Assembly (NCBI GenBank): GCA_904063045.1
Contig: CAJFCJ010000053.1
Span: 1 to 64,000 of the forward strand
Direction of reading: 5' to 3'
DNA: 64,000 nt
From: Dimorphilus gyrociliatus
Lineage: Eukaryota; Animalia; Annelida
The notes under the pieces were generated by a model, which searched no databases, was not told the origin of the DNA, and saw nothing but the letters and a program-made list of their open reading frames with translations. This document shows, piece after piece, positions 50,875-63,769 of the stretch. The stretch's first letter is position 1. Every line of letters starts with the position of its first letter. Made by a program: the position numbers and the translations under genes.

Positions 50875-51110
50875 CTTTATTCACTGTCAATCTCTCTTTG
50901 AATCTCCAGAAGGAGATTAATCCCTGCAAAGCTGTCATCCTGGGTTAGGGTTAGGGTTAGGTAGGGTTATATGTATGTTTGAACTAGACACTAAGATCTG
51001 AGTTCTGATGAAAGTTGAATAACTTCCACCAAACTTTCAGAAGATCCCATATTGGAATGCAAGAGTAAGAACTTATTGTACAATATAGACCAAGCACACT
51101 TCACATCATA
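50875..51110 (-). mobile_element. Composite: PLE ORF 3' fragment + telomeric repeats + HHR family-1 tail
   Basis: 50878-50941 reverse-translates to QDDSFAGINLLLEIQREIDSE*; GGGTTA repeats at 50942-50969; then the reverse complement of the family-1 tail. Confidence 0.85.
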
Positions 51111-51169
51111 AGTCCATTGATTTTTCTTTTAATTTGTATTATTGTTTTAAGGTAGTTATTTATTGCAGC

Positions 51170-51460
51170 ACAGGTTGTCTTCACCCTTGTTGAGAATTTG
51201 TGATTGTGCTTCTGTTGGAGATACAGTTACAGCTTAGGCTGGGGAACTGCTACTCAAGATAGCAACTCCTCAATAGCTACACCAACCCTTAGCAAAAGCT
51301 TGGTTATAAGTGTGTGTGCACTTTTGGGATTACCAGTCTGTACTGATTGTGCTAATCCCTAACCCCAAGATCTAAACTTTTTGTGGAACTTATTCAACTG
51401 TCATCAGAACTCAGATCTCAATGTCTAGTTCAAACATAATTAACCCTAACCTTACCCTGT
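51170..51460 (+). mobile_element. PLE 3' non-coding end fused to a family-1 tail fragment, ending in TAACCC-like repeats
   Basis: 51170-51372 matches 45510-45712, then ...TCATCAGAACTCAGATCTC..TCTAGTTCAAAC and TAACCCTAACC. Confidence 0.75.
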
Positions 51461-51696
51461 GTAGGATACAATAGAGGCATAGTGAATTTAGTATTAATAG
51501 AGGTATACAAAGAAGCTTTATATCTGGTTCATAATTGTTGTGCAAAGTATTATAGCATGTTCAATACTACTCAATAGTAAAAAAGATTTACAATTTGAAA
51601 ATACAAATATAGAAAAAGGTCAAGGACTTCTGTTTCATATGAATTAGAATGGTGCAACAATAGAAATACTTGTATTTCAAAGGATGCAAAAAAAAT

Positions 51697-51904
51697 GGGG
51701 GCAGGTGCGAACGTACCTGTTAGCAAATATTTCCAACCATGAAAACATTTTAGGAAAGGGTTAGTTTGAATATTTGGATGAATTTATTGTTAGAGGGGCT
51801 CCAATTTAGGGTTAGGGAATATAAAAAACAGAGATATTAACACTCAATTTCAGATATATTAAGGTAGGCTTCAACTGGCCATGGGTACGTTCGCACCCCC
51901 ATGC
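51697..51904. mobile_element. MITE derived from the 33182 MULE family
   Basis: GGTGCGAACGTACC at the left end and GGTACGTTCGCACC at the right; flanking duplication AAAAAAAAT (9 bp, extendable to 14). Confidence 0.8.
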
Positions 51905-52734
51905 AAAAAAAATGTTGGCTTTTTTTAAGAAATATTATTTTAAGTTTACATTAAGATATATTGAAATTTTGAAAGTTTTCTACTGTCAATATTCTTCAGG
52001 TTTATTTTAAGCATAACTAGTTTAAAACTAGTTTTACAGTACTAGCTTAAAAATGTTAGGGTTTGGTAAGGGTTATGGGTTAGGCCACTCACACAACTCT
52101 GGTAATGTTTTTGGTTAGAGTTAGGGGTTAGAGTTACAGGGGGGTTCCTTTTTAGTTGAGTATGCCAACTTGTATATATATGCCTAACAAATAATTTACT
52201 AAAGTCTTTTCATCTGCTGTCATCTGTAGGCTGAGATATTGGAGAAAGAAAATTAACGATTAAAAATTTTTTTCTTTTTTTTTCAATTTTTTTTTTTAGA
52301 AATTGAACAATTTGAAGGTGTACAGTAATAAATTGGATTCAAAATTTAGAAATTTTGAAGCAACCTATATGTTTGAGGTGTAAAATAGGAAAAAATGATG
52401 TTTTTTTCTACGTTTTGACCTCTAGCTCAGAACCCACACCCACAATTTTTGTTATTTTTTGAATATAGCCTTATAACATATTACTAAAACACATATCAAA
52501 AATTAAAAAAAATTGTGGGCTTGGAATTAGAGATATTAAGCATCGAAGTTTGTGCTTGATAGAATGGTTTTTGACTAACCCATGTTTTATAAAGAAAATG
52601 TTTATTGTAATCAATGTTTTTCAGATTATAGAAACAAATATATTATTAATACTGAGCAAAATGGCACCTAACAAACTGTTAGGAATACTATAAACTGGTT
52701 TTTCCCTAACAATCCACAACTTGTTTACATACAT

Positions 52735-52857
52735 GGGTACAGGACAGTTGACCCCCGGACAGTTGACCCCTGGACAGTTGACCCCCATTAGGACAGTTGA
52801 CGCCCAGACAGTTGACCCCAAGTAGGACAGTTGACCCCCAGGACAGTTGACCCCCAT
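52735..52857 (+). repeat. Tandem GGACAGTTGACCCC array, probable transposon subterminal repeat
   Basis: Seven copies; no partner inverted end found in the window. Confidence 0.65.
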
Positions 52858-53129
52858 TTTTTTTGGCTTGAGCCTATAGGTATAGTTTGATTTTTTAACT
52901 GTTGTTAAAAAAAATTAGAAAGAAATAGCAAAAACAGTTGAAAACTGTTTTAAAATGTATTTGTTTTTCCTTTGTATGTTTTTAATTTTAGTTTAAAGAC
53001 ATTTCTTTTTTTCTAATTTTTATATAGCTTCTTCTTAAATAAAACATTTTTTAAACAAAAAATATTAAAACTTTTCTTTCAATTAACTTTTACAATTTTG
53101 ATTCATTTTAATTTGATATAGCCTCATTC

Positions 53130-56100
53130 TGTCATTAATTTTACTTCAAATTTCATCAAAATCAGCCAGGCAGTGCTGAGATATAGATTCTTATAAATGT
53201 TCTATTTTAACACTGTTATTGGCTTACATCAATCAAAAATATTTGTCATAAAAAAATCAAATTTGTTAATATTTAAGTTAGAGCTTTCAAATTTGGTGCA
53301 TATACTAATATCACTACGCCAATCTCAAATCTTTTTACAGAATTCAGTTATCTCTTACAGTTCCAGAGTTATGGCACCATCAAATTATGCTTGTTATTTC
53401 TTACATATAGGCCTATAGGAAATATTCATCATGGCTGGACTAACTCTGTTGTTAATTAAGTTACATGTTTGTAATTCTGCATTTAGAATAGTATGATAAT
53501 GCCAATCATAAAAACACAATTCTTTTAAATATATATATAATAAAAAAATTGATGTATATAGCTTACATTTAAATATTCAGTTATAGTCCTTTTTCTTACC
53601 ATCAAGAAGTTGAAGAATAAAATATTCCTAAACCTATAAATGTACAGAAAATATATATTGTCTTTTATTTTGATTGAAGAGCATTTAGATTAGGTATTCC
53701 AATTTTGAATTTTTTTACAAAATTTAACAATCTATTATGGTTTTTCAGCAAGGGTCAGTTAATGTCATCTACATTTTCCTTATAAAGTTAGAGTTATATA
53801 CAGTATATTCTATTTGAATTCAATTATCTTTTGTAGTTTTTGAGCTACAGTGCTTCAAACTTTAATATATTTCCCTTTTATAATTCACTAAAAAAGTTGA
53901 TATTTTTCAAGTGGGATTTATTTAAATAAGGTTATGATCACATTTTTATTTCTTATTATTTCTTCTAAAAAGTTTTTTCCTTAAAGTTTAATCTTACATT
54001 ACAACTCAGTGAAAATTTTTCATTATAGAGCTGTAAAGTTTTTTTTACCTAAAACAAAAGTTAGCTAATACAATATTAATGTATTGAATAGGTTTTATAT
54101 GTTACTTTCCTCTTTCTCAAATATATATATATAATTGATTTCATTAAACATTGGAGAGATATATAAAGAATACTTTTATCAATTTAACCACAGCAAACCA
54201 AATGCTACAATTCAAGATTCCTTTTAAAAGTATATAAAAATATTCAAAAGAATGATTTCCATCAGAACCAATAGAAAAAGTTTTGGGAAGAAGAGGTGTA
54301 TAAGAAAAGGATTGAGACAATAAGAAAAATAAACATGGTAAACAAGAAAACAAGAAAAAGGAACAGGAGAAACAGAAGGAAAACAAGAAGAGAAACAAAC
54401 TCACCAAAAGGATGAGCAAGCAGAAAAGCAGAGATGAAGAAAGTGTTATTTATTTTAAAGAAATAGATATTAAAAAAAATGATAAAAATATATATTAACC
54501 AAGAAATTTGATTCAAACATTTGGTAAAAAATTATTAAACTGAGAAGAATTGATCACTCTTACAAATAACTTTTGTTTTTGGCTAAAATTCATAAAAAAA
54601 TATTAATTATAGTAAAGAATGAAAAGTAATTATTATAAATTTAATACCAACAGCAAGACAGAATTGTAAAGTTATATTATATTATATATTTACTTTAAAT
54701 TTCAATTTTGCCTTAAACTTTAATATATTTTCTTTATACAATTCATCACATTTCTATTAATATTTTTGGAATAAGAAATATTTATGTATTATGCAGAACA
54801 TCCCTCTAATTGTTATTATTTTTTCCTGACAATAATTTTAGTTCAAATTTGATCAAAATCGGCCCAGTAGTTGCTGAGATATGGATTATAAGAAACATTA
54901 TATATCAACTCTATTAAAAGCTTATATAAACAAAAATATTCGACGTTCAAAAAAACTAAATTTGTTAATATAAAAGTCAGAGCTCTGAAATTTTGTACAT
55001 ATACTAATATTAATACACCGAATCCAAATCTTTTTACAAAATTCAATAATCTCTTTTGGTTTGGGAGCTACATTGACTTGAAGTTTAATGCATTTTCTTT
55101 ATATAATTCATTGTCATAATTAATATTTTTTAATTGACAAATATTAATTGAATGTATGGAATGTCTTTATAAATGTTTGTATTATTTTCTAACAATGATT
55201 TTGGTCCAAATTTCATCAAAATCGGCCCAGTAGTTGCTGAGATATGGATTATAAGGAACATTATATATAAGCTCTGTTAAAAGTCTATATAAACAATAAT
55301 ATTCGACGTTCAAAAAAACTAAATTTCTTATTATTAAAGTTAGAGCTCTGAAATTTTGTACATATACTAATATTGATATACCATTTATAAATCTTTTTAC
55401 AGAATTCAATTATCTTTTATAGTTTGGGAGCTACGTTACGTTAAAGTTTGTATTAGAAGACTTTTTTTTTAAAAAAAAAGAAAAAAAAATTTTTCATCAT
55501 GAGTGATGTCTTAAAAAAAAAGAACGGCGGTGGTGTCTGTTAATTAGTTTCAATATTACGAACTCAATATTATTTGGTCAGTCTGCCTACACCCCTACAC
55601 ATCAAATGTAAGTAAAATTGTTAAATTACCCTGATTAATATCTGTTTTTGTAATTAATTTTTGTTGTATTTTATCTATTAAAATATGTAGAATTTTATCT
55701 GTTGCTTTTTAATTATTTTATTCAATTACTTTACTTTAAATCCCATTAATTTCTGCCAAAAGACATAAGTTACTTTTGAACACTACATTAAATGTAAGCC
55801 TATAATCATATTTTCGTCACAAAATTCAATTATCTCTTTTGGTTCAAAAGTTATCGCAACTTTATTTTTTCGTCGATACTTTGTATTTAGGCCTTAAAAA
55901 ATATTCGTCATCTGAAAACTAACTTTCTTATTAGTTAGCTTAGAGCTTTGAAACTTGGTATATAGACTAATTTTGGTATGCCGATCTCAAATCTGCTTAC
56001 AGAATCCAAATATCAGTTACCGTTTTTGAGCTATTTACAATTAAATTGTTTTACAGTTTGCTGTTATAAATATTTTTATTGTTATGATATTGTTGTGTTC

Positions 56101-59100
56101 AAAAGTTAATTGTTATGAATGTAAGAGTGTTTGAATTGTATATTGGAGTTTTAGTGTGCTTTTTAATAATTTGATTGTAATTATCTGTTTTTAATTGAGA
56201 TAAAGCTTTGTTGTTTGGTAGATAGATTAATACTTTGATTATAAATTTCTGTAGTAACTACATTGATTTATTCAACTCCAACAGTTCTAAAATTTAAGTA
56301 ACACTTGGAACAAAAGTGATTAATTTAGTATTAATCTATTGAATTGTGTTTGAAAGATTTTTTCTTCTTTTCTAGAGATGCATAGTTGGTTGAGCTACCC
56401 AAAGGAAAAGCAAATCAGCCCAACATTTATTAATTTCAGTAGAGCAAACCTGATGCTACAGTTAAAATATATTTTTAGAGTATATAAAAATTATGTAAAC
56501 AACAATTTTGCTAAAACTTTTGTACCTTTTCTGATGAATCACTTTTTAACAATGTCTTTACTTGGTGATGAAAAGCTGGAAGAAGAAAAAGAATTATTAG
56601 ATGGATTCAATTTAATTGTACAGAATTTTCAAGAAGAATTAACAAAGTTATTAAAGAGATATTATGAAAAGAAAATGAACTTGAAACATTATTTTTATTT
56701 GAAACCATTGCTTCAAGCAATGGAAAATTGGCAAGAAATAGAAAAGTTACTACATTTTTTTAAAATTAAAATTTTTGGGCCTGAATCAACTGAAATAATA
56801 GCTGATGAGCTTTGTGGAGAAATAAAAAATATTTTTTATGACAATGAGCAGGAAAATCAGGAAGAACAAAATTCTGTGTTAATTAGCCAAGAGCAAGAAG
56901 AGGAACACCATCCTGAGGAACAAGTGTCAGTAGAACAAGAGTCTTCTCAGCAACAGCATCCTGAGGAACAACTGGCAGTAGAACAAGACTCTTCTCAGCA
57001 ACAGCATCCTGAGGAACAACTGGCAGTAGAACAAGAGTCTTCTCAGGAACCAGAAGAAATACAACAAGATCATGCTGAAGAATATGAGGAAGATGAAGAA
57101 CCTGTTGAGGAAGAAGAGGATGAACAAGAAGATGTAGAAGAATTTTACTATCATGAGCAGATGATGGAAGTAGAAAGAGAGGAAATTGATAAGAGTGAAC
57201 CACAAAATAATATACAACAAAGTGATACAAACAATGAAATGTACAAAGTGATCAAAGAGAGAAATGAAGAATTTTTTTTACTAAAAAACATGTGTTATCT
57301 CACAAAAATGTACAATTATTATATCAATGGGGGAAATGCAGAATCACAAAAACTCATTTTAAAATCTCTAATACCTGACCTTCAACCAACTGCTAAAATT
57401 ATTTTTGTTAGCAATTATTTTATAAATTTAACCAAAAAAGAATTTGATATCATTTTAAAGAATTTGGAGGTAAAGGATATGCAATTTATTCTTTTTAAAA
57501 AGTTATCTTTGAAAAGAATAGAAAATATTTTAATCAACTGGCACCTGGAAAAAAAGTTATTATTTTTGTTGTGAAAAAATATCCTAAAAATCTGGATTCA
57601 ACTGGAATTTTTGAAAAATACCAAGAAATAACCAACAAGGTATTTCTTCAAAAGAATTTTCTTCCTTATAAAATGGAAAGCCTTTTTAAAATTGCTAGAT
57701 TCAATTTTATAGATTTCACCTTTAAAAATTATAAAAAAGAGCAAACTTGTCTCTTAAAATTCATGAAAAAATTTTTAAAACAATTGTATAGACAATAACT
57801 TTATTCATTTCTCTTACTTTTATATGTTTTTAATACTAGATTATAGAGATTTCTTTTTTTTTTCCAATTTATATTACTTTTTTCTTTTTAATACAAATTG
57901 CTTTTAAAACAAAAATTACCCAGCCTTTATTCATTTTTTCATTTTAATTTACAATACTTTAATATATTCTTATTCTGCCAATAATTTTGCTTCAAATTTG
58001 ATCAAAATCAGTGCAGTAGTTGCTGAGCTATGATTTTCTTTCAACATTGTAATTTAACACTTTTTTTGGTATATATATACAACAAAAATATTCGTCATAA
58101 AAAAATCAATTTGTTAATATTTAAGTTAGAGCTTTCAAATTTGGTGCATATACTAATATCACTACGCCAATCTCAAATCTTTTTACAGAATTCAGTTATC
58201 TCTTACTGTTCCAGAGTTATGGCGCCTTCAAAATTTGTTTATTATTTCTTACATATAAGCAGCCAATAGAAAATATTTGTCAGGGATGAATTAAATCTCT
58301 TAGGAATTAACATACATCTTTGTTATTCTGTACATAGAATAATATTACTACACTGTTCATAAATCTTTTTACAGAATTCAAGTATCTCTTATAGTTTGAG
58401 AGCTACATTTTCTTAATATTTAATGCATATTCCTTATATAATTCATTATAATAATTAATGTTTTTTAAATGACAAATACTTAATTAATGTACTGAATGTC
58501 TTTCTAATTGTACATATTTTTTTCTGACAATAATTATGGTTCAAATTTGATCAAAATCGGCCCAGTAGTTGCTGAGATATGCATTCTTTTGAATGTTGTA
58601 CTTTAACACTGTTACAGGCTAATATAGATAAAAAAATATTTGTCATAATGTACTTTGTTGTATTGTAATTGTAGGAAGTCCTAGCTCGTCACTATCAAAT
58701 TCGTCCTCTCCAATCATTTACCAATGTGCCAAAGTACTGGTCCAAATAGAACCTTTCAAGTTCGTCCACAAGTAGTCTTAATAAATGTAATTCCAGTAAA
58801 AAATTAACCAACAAACACCAGTATTTCATTCAAAGAATATGTATTTGAGTAAATGAGTTTCTAGTTCTAAACAAGCAAGTTTGAACAACTAGCTGACGGT
58901 TAGAAAACTGAACTATCAACTGTTAATTTTGTAGGGTTTATATACTCTTTTAAGGGTTGATAGTTCACAAATTTCAATGTTCACAAAAACAAAAGTAACA
59001 TTTGAAGACAAAGAAAAGTTCTAAATATGGTCATGTTTTTATTTGTTTTCCTCTTCTAAATAATAGTTGAATTTCTCAGGTTGGAGAGTTGCATAAGATG

Positions 59101-60850
59101 TAACAATTTTAGTAGGACAAGTCCAACAATCAAGAAAACATGTAGATTGTATATTTGACCGTTTTTATATTCTACCTTAATAATGATATTCAATTGATTG
59201 AGTTAGTAAATTTAGCATCAGCATATAAGGAGGAAGTATATCTGATTAATGCATGTTAAAAAGAACAGTATTGTGTATACAATACTGTTGAATAGTGAAT
59301 ATAATCTAACCTTAGAATTTAAGCATAATTGATAATTAATTGAACTAGTTTTAGTTCGAAATCATAAATTTATGGATTAATAAATTGTAATATTAATGCT
59401 AGGTTGCAAATAGCAAATATTCTTTATATAATTCAATAGGTTTTATTACTGCATAATGTGTATGCACTGCCCTATGCGAAACTAGGTCACTACTGCTTAT
59501 CTTTATCAGTGCTATCTGCATAGTACAATACTGGTTCAATACTACTTCTCTATTGTAGAATATAGCTGACGAATGTATGTGTACACATAAAAAAATTAAA
59601 TTTGTTAATTTTTAAGATAGAGCTTTCAAATTTGGTACATAAGCTAATATTCTTACACCATTCTCAAATCTTTTCACAGAATTCAATTATCTCTTATGGT
59701 TTCCTAGCTAGGTTACCTTGAAGTTTAGTAGCATCTTCCTTATATAATTCATTATATAATTTTTTTTTTTAAAATGGAAAATATTGTGTTTGTGTAACTA
59801 ATATATTTCTAATTATCCATGTCTTCTTCTGCCAATAATTTTACTTCAAATTTCGTCAAAATCTGCCAGGTAGTTGCTGAGATATGGATCTTTTTTAATG
59901 TTATGTTTAAACTCAGTTGTATGACATAAAAATAAAACATTTGCCAAAAAAAACTAGATTTGTTATCAATTATGATAGAGCTTTGAAATTTTGTACATAT
60001 ACTAATATAGGTATTCTAATCTCAAATCTTTTTACAGAATTTTGTTATCTCTTATAGTTTTTGAGCTACGTTGCCTTGAAGTTTAGTGCATCTCTTTTAT
60101 GTAATTCATTAAATAATTTATTTTTTTATATAAGTTACTTTTGAACAGTACATTAAATGTCAGCCTATAATCATATTTTCGTCACAAAATTTTTATTCTG
60201 TTATTGATTAAGTTAAAGCTTTCAAATTCTGTACATAGATTGATATTATTACGCCTATATCAAATCTTTTTACAGAACTCAATTATCTTTTATGGTTCAA
60301 AAGATATGGCGCTGTCAAGTTTTATTCATTATTCTTTATTTGTGAGCTTTATGAAATATTCGTCAGGGTTAAACTAACTCTGTTATTAATAATCATAAAG
60401 CTTTCAAAGTTGGTACATAGATTAATATTAGTGGGCCTATTATAAATCCTTTTACAGAATCCAAATATCTCTTTTAGCTCAAAAGTTATGGCAACTTTAT
60501 ATTTTAATTGATACTTTGTATATAGACCTACAAAAAACATTTGTCATCTGAAATCTAACTTTGTTATTACTTAACTTAGAGCTTTGAAACTTGGTATATT
60601 GACTATTTTTGGTTTGCCAATCTCAAATCTGCTTACAGAATCCAAATATCAGTTACTATTAGAAGTTAAGGTGTTTTACAGTTTGCTATTATAAGGAAAT
60701 TAGAAACAATTCCAACAGAGTGTTTATGTAGAAAAATTTTCTACCTACCAGAATGGAAAGTACATTTAAAATAGCCAAACTGCAGTTTATTGACTAATTG
60801 TTGTTAATTAAGATAGAGATTTGAAATTCAGTACATACACTAATACTATA
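53130..60850 (+). repeat. Region with about 11 copies of a ~180-bp-period repeat family
   Basis: Recurrent AGAGCTTT(C/G)AAA.TT.GT...ATCTCAAATCTTTTTACAGAAT near 53280, 54980, 55340, 55940, 58130, 59620, 59980, 60220, 60400, 60580 and 60815. Confidence 0.75.
56378..57574 (+). CDS. Intronless hypothetical protein with an acidic Glu/Gln-rich repeat region
   Basis: 398-codon open frame with HPEEQ(V/L)(S/A)VEQ(E/D)SSQ repeated three times; no recognisable domain. Confidence 0.55.
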   Translation: MHSWLSYPKEKQISPTFINFSRANLMLQLKYIFRVYKNYVNNNFAKTFVPFLMNHFLTMSLLGDEKLEEEKELLDGFNLIVQNFQEELTKLLKRYYEKKMNLKHYFYLKPLLQAMENWQEIEKLLHFFKIKIFGPESTEIIADELCGEIKNIFYDNEQENQEEQNSVLISQEQEEEHHPEEQVSVEQESSQQQHPEEQLAVEQDSSQQQHPEEQLAVEQESSQEPEEIQQDHAEEYEEDEEPVEEEEDEQEDVEEFYYHEQMMEVEREEIDKSEPQNNIQQSDTNNEMYKVIKERNEEFFLLKNMCYLTKMYNYYINGGNAESQKLILKSLIPDLQPTAKIIFVSNYFINLTKKEFDIILKNLEVKDMQFILFKKLSLKRIENILINWHLEKKLLFLL

Positions 60851-61472
60851 ATGCTGATATCAAGTTACAACAAACTCTTATCTCTCTTTAACATGTTTGT
60901 AGAACTTTCTCACACTCAGATTTAATTTGATTATCAGTGATTTTAAAGTTTACTAACTAACTTCATGTTTCCACATTGGTGTTATATAATTTTATCTAGG
61001 CCAGATTAGCTTATGGCATGTTCCCACAGGATTTTCCATGTGTCTTATATATATTATAAATGTTTTTTTCACAGAAATCATTTATAGTTTGAAGATTAAG
61101 GAGTCAACATCACCTTAAAAATAGCTGGTCTTATGAACAACTTCTACAATTCCTTTCAAAATATACATCCTTCAATGATATAATGGTATGTAGATATGTC
61201 ATTGAACAGGAAAGTGTGTTATATATATTTTGAATGTTTTATTCACATGGTTCATATTTAGTTTGAAGAATAAGGAGTCAAAATCACATTTAAAATACCC
61301 AGTTAAATGAACATCCCCTACAATTGCTGATGATTTTAAAATGGTATGTACAAATTCTGATATACAGTATCATAATACATAGCACTTTCAATATGATATA
61401 TATTAAAAAAAAACCTGAAGAAGTGAATTCCCTATTGGAATCCTTCAACCTCTCTGTAGGTGTAGGTTAATA

Positions 61473-61529
61473 GACCCTGATGAGTCCTTGGTCATAAAAA
61501 TAGAGAGGAGGATGAAACCGTGGTAGGTC
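61473..61529 (+). ncRNA. Hammerhead ribozyme, type I, family 2
   Basis: GACC-CUGAUGA-GUCCU..AGGAU-GAAA-CC-GU-GG-UA-GGUC. Confidence 0.85.
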
Positions 61530-63708
61530 AAGTAGGTAGGAAAAAAATTTAAGAAAAAAATTTTTTGAAAATTTTTTGAAAAAATTTTTTCTGTTGGAAA
61601 TTGTTTTAAATGTCGATTTTGGTGTATTTTTTCTTTGACTGCTTCCCAAAATCAACTGGGACTCTTGAAATGTGAGAATCCTGTTTCTCTTTTTTGATTT
61701 AGTCAAAAAAAAACCCTTTGCAAACCCCAACAAGTAAAGAGAATGTGGAATGAGAGGAACTAATACATAAACCTTAATCAATGACTAAAAACAAAACTTT
61801 TTCCATAAGATTGACTTTTTTCAATTCAAAATTAAATTTTTTGACTTTAGCTTTCAAAATTTTTTCTTTTTACTTTAAAAAAGAGATAAAGATTCTTTAA
61901 TATGTACCTGTGGTGTAATTAACATTTTTGGTAAATTGCTAGAGTTTGTTGTGTTGATAATGTCTTGCTGTTAAAACCAAATGATGAAATTCTTTAAAGT
62001 CAGTATACACTTATGGTGATTTTAAATTTCTGATGGTAGTAGTAATATATCTTTGTACTTTTTTGATTACTTTTGTAAAAGCTTGTATAGTTTTGTACAT
62101 TTTTGTATTTTTTTAAAATATTGCTTAAAATAAGTTGTTGATGTTTTTATCATGGTGATTTTAAATTTTCTCATTGTTTTAGCTTGAGTATGAGTTTTTG
62201 CTTGAGTATGAGTTTTAGTCTGAGTTTGAGTTTGTTTTTGAGTTTGATTGTGAGTTTAAATTAAAATTTGAGTTTAATTTGTGTATTAAACTGGTTTTAA
62301 TTTAATGTAAATATGGTTAGTAGTTTACATATTTCTTTGTGATCTTTATAAATGTTTCTATATTCTTCCCAAATCTTTTACAATTCTAAAATTTATAAAA
62401 ATCCCCTATTGTAGTATATATTTTTATTAGATTGAATATATAGTTTGTAGAGAACATTTTAAATATTCTCAGTAACTAACCTTTGTCCTTAAGCTGAAAT
62501 TTAAAAAAATACTTTACTTATCAATCTACTTCCAGTATAAACACCACCATATTTTACATTAAAACATTTCACCAATTTTAATATCACTCACTTCAAAAAC
62601 TCACATATATTCTCTTAATTTTTTTTCCAATCCATTCATTAGCCAAAACAATGAATCATAACTGGCTCAAACAAATGAATGTTGGAAAAAGACTCTTTCA
62701 ACTACTAATACCATAAATTGTAATCTTAATTCACTACATGGAATAATCCTTCCATTCCAGTAACAAACATAAATCATAAATCAATAAAGGAATTAGGAAT
62801 TAAACCTCTCTATTCAGCATACAAAACACTCTTCCCAATCCATTCATTAGCCAAATCAAACTATCTGGAATTAACTAAATGAATGTTGGCAAGAAACTTT
62901 TACAAACAAAAACAGATTAACTAAGGCTTTCACACATTTACTTACAAATAATTTATTTAACCCACTTTCCAATCCATTCATTAGCCAGAACAACCTATCA
63001 CTTGGCAAAGTAAATGAATGTTGGAAAATATAATACAAGAAAAACAGTTTAGTCTTCAAACAATATTATTTAATAATTTTCAAATTAACAATCCTCTATT
63101 CTTTAGCCATAAAATTAAATTAACCATACTTTCTCCATAATACAACATATGTATCACACTTCATTCATTTACACTCACTTATTTTATATACTTTCAATTA
63201 ATTAACCAATTCCTTTACACATACTTAATTCATCAACTAGCCATAAATAATAATACAATTCATACTTTTATTTTTTTTCACTTTTTCAATTTTGAATTTT
63301 TACTTTTATTTAAACTTTTATTGTTATTCCAATCCTGGTTTCTACTATTTACCCAACTTATTTTATTTTATTCTATATCACTTTTCTCATTTTTTAGGTC
63401 TGCAATTTTTGTTTTTTCTGTCTTTGCTGTTTTCCAAACTGCCAGTATATATATCCCCTCAATTTACTGTTATTTATTCCTTACACTTTGATTCAAGGCC
63501 ACAGATGCTTTCTTTAATAACTTGTTAATTTAAAAAGTGTTAAACTATTTTGGTTTCTTATTCTTATTTTTTATTTTTAATTATTTTTCAATTTAATTCC
63601 AAAATTTACCTCACAAGAATCTTTATCAACAAACAAATAAATAAATCAAAAATCTGGAGAGAAACTTCTTATTAAGATTCTCAAACCTCTCTTTCATGCA
63701 GCTTAGTA

Positions 63709-63769
63709 GACCCTGAAGAGTCCCAGGTTTAATAATTTAGTAGAGAGGGGGACGAAACCACGGTAGGTC
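63709..63769 (+). ncRNA. Hammerhead ribozyme, type I, family 2 (CUGAAGA variant)
   Basis: GACC-CUGAAGA-GUCCC..GGGAC-GAAA-CC-AC-GG-UA-GGUC. Confidence 0.85.

Noticed and set aside
56883-57230. Antisense ORFs over the acidic repeat (also 54144-54516)
   Set aside because: Shadow frames of purine-rich low-complexity sequence.
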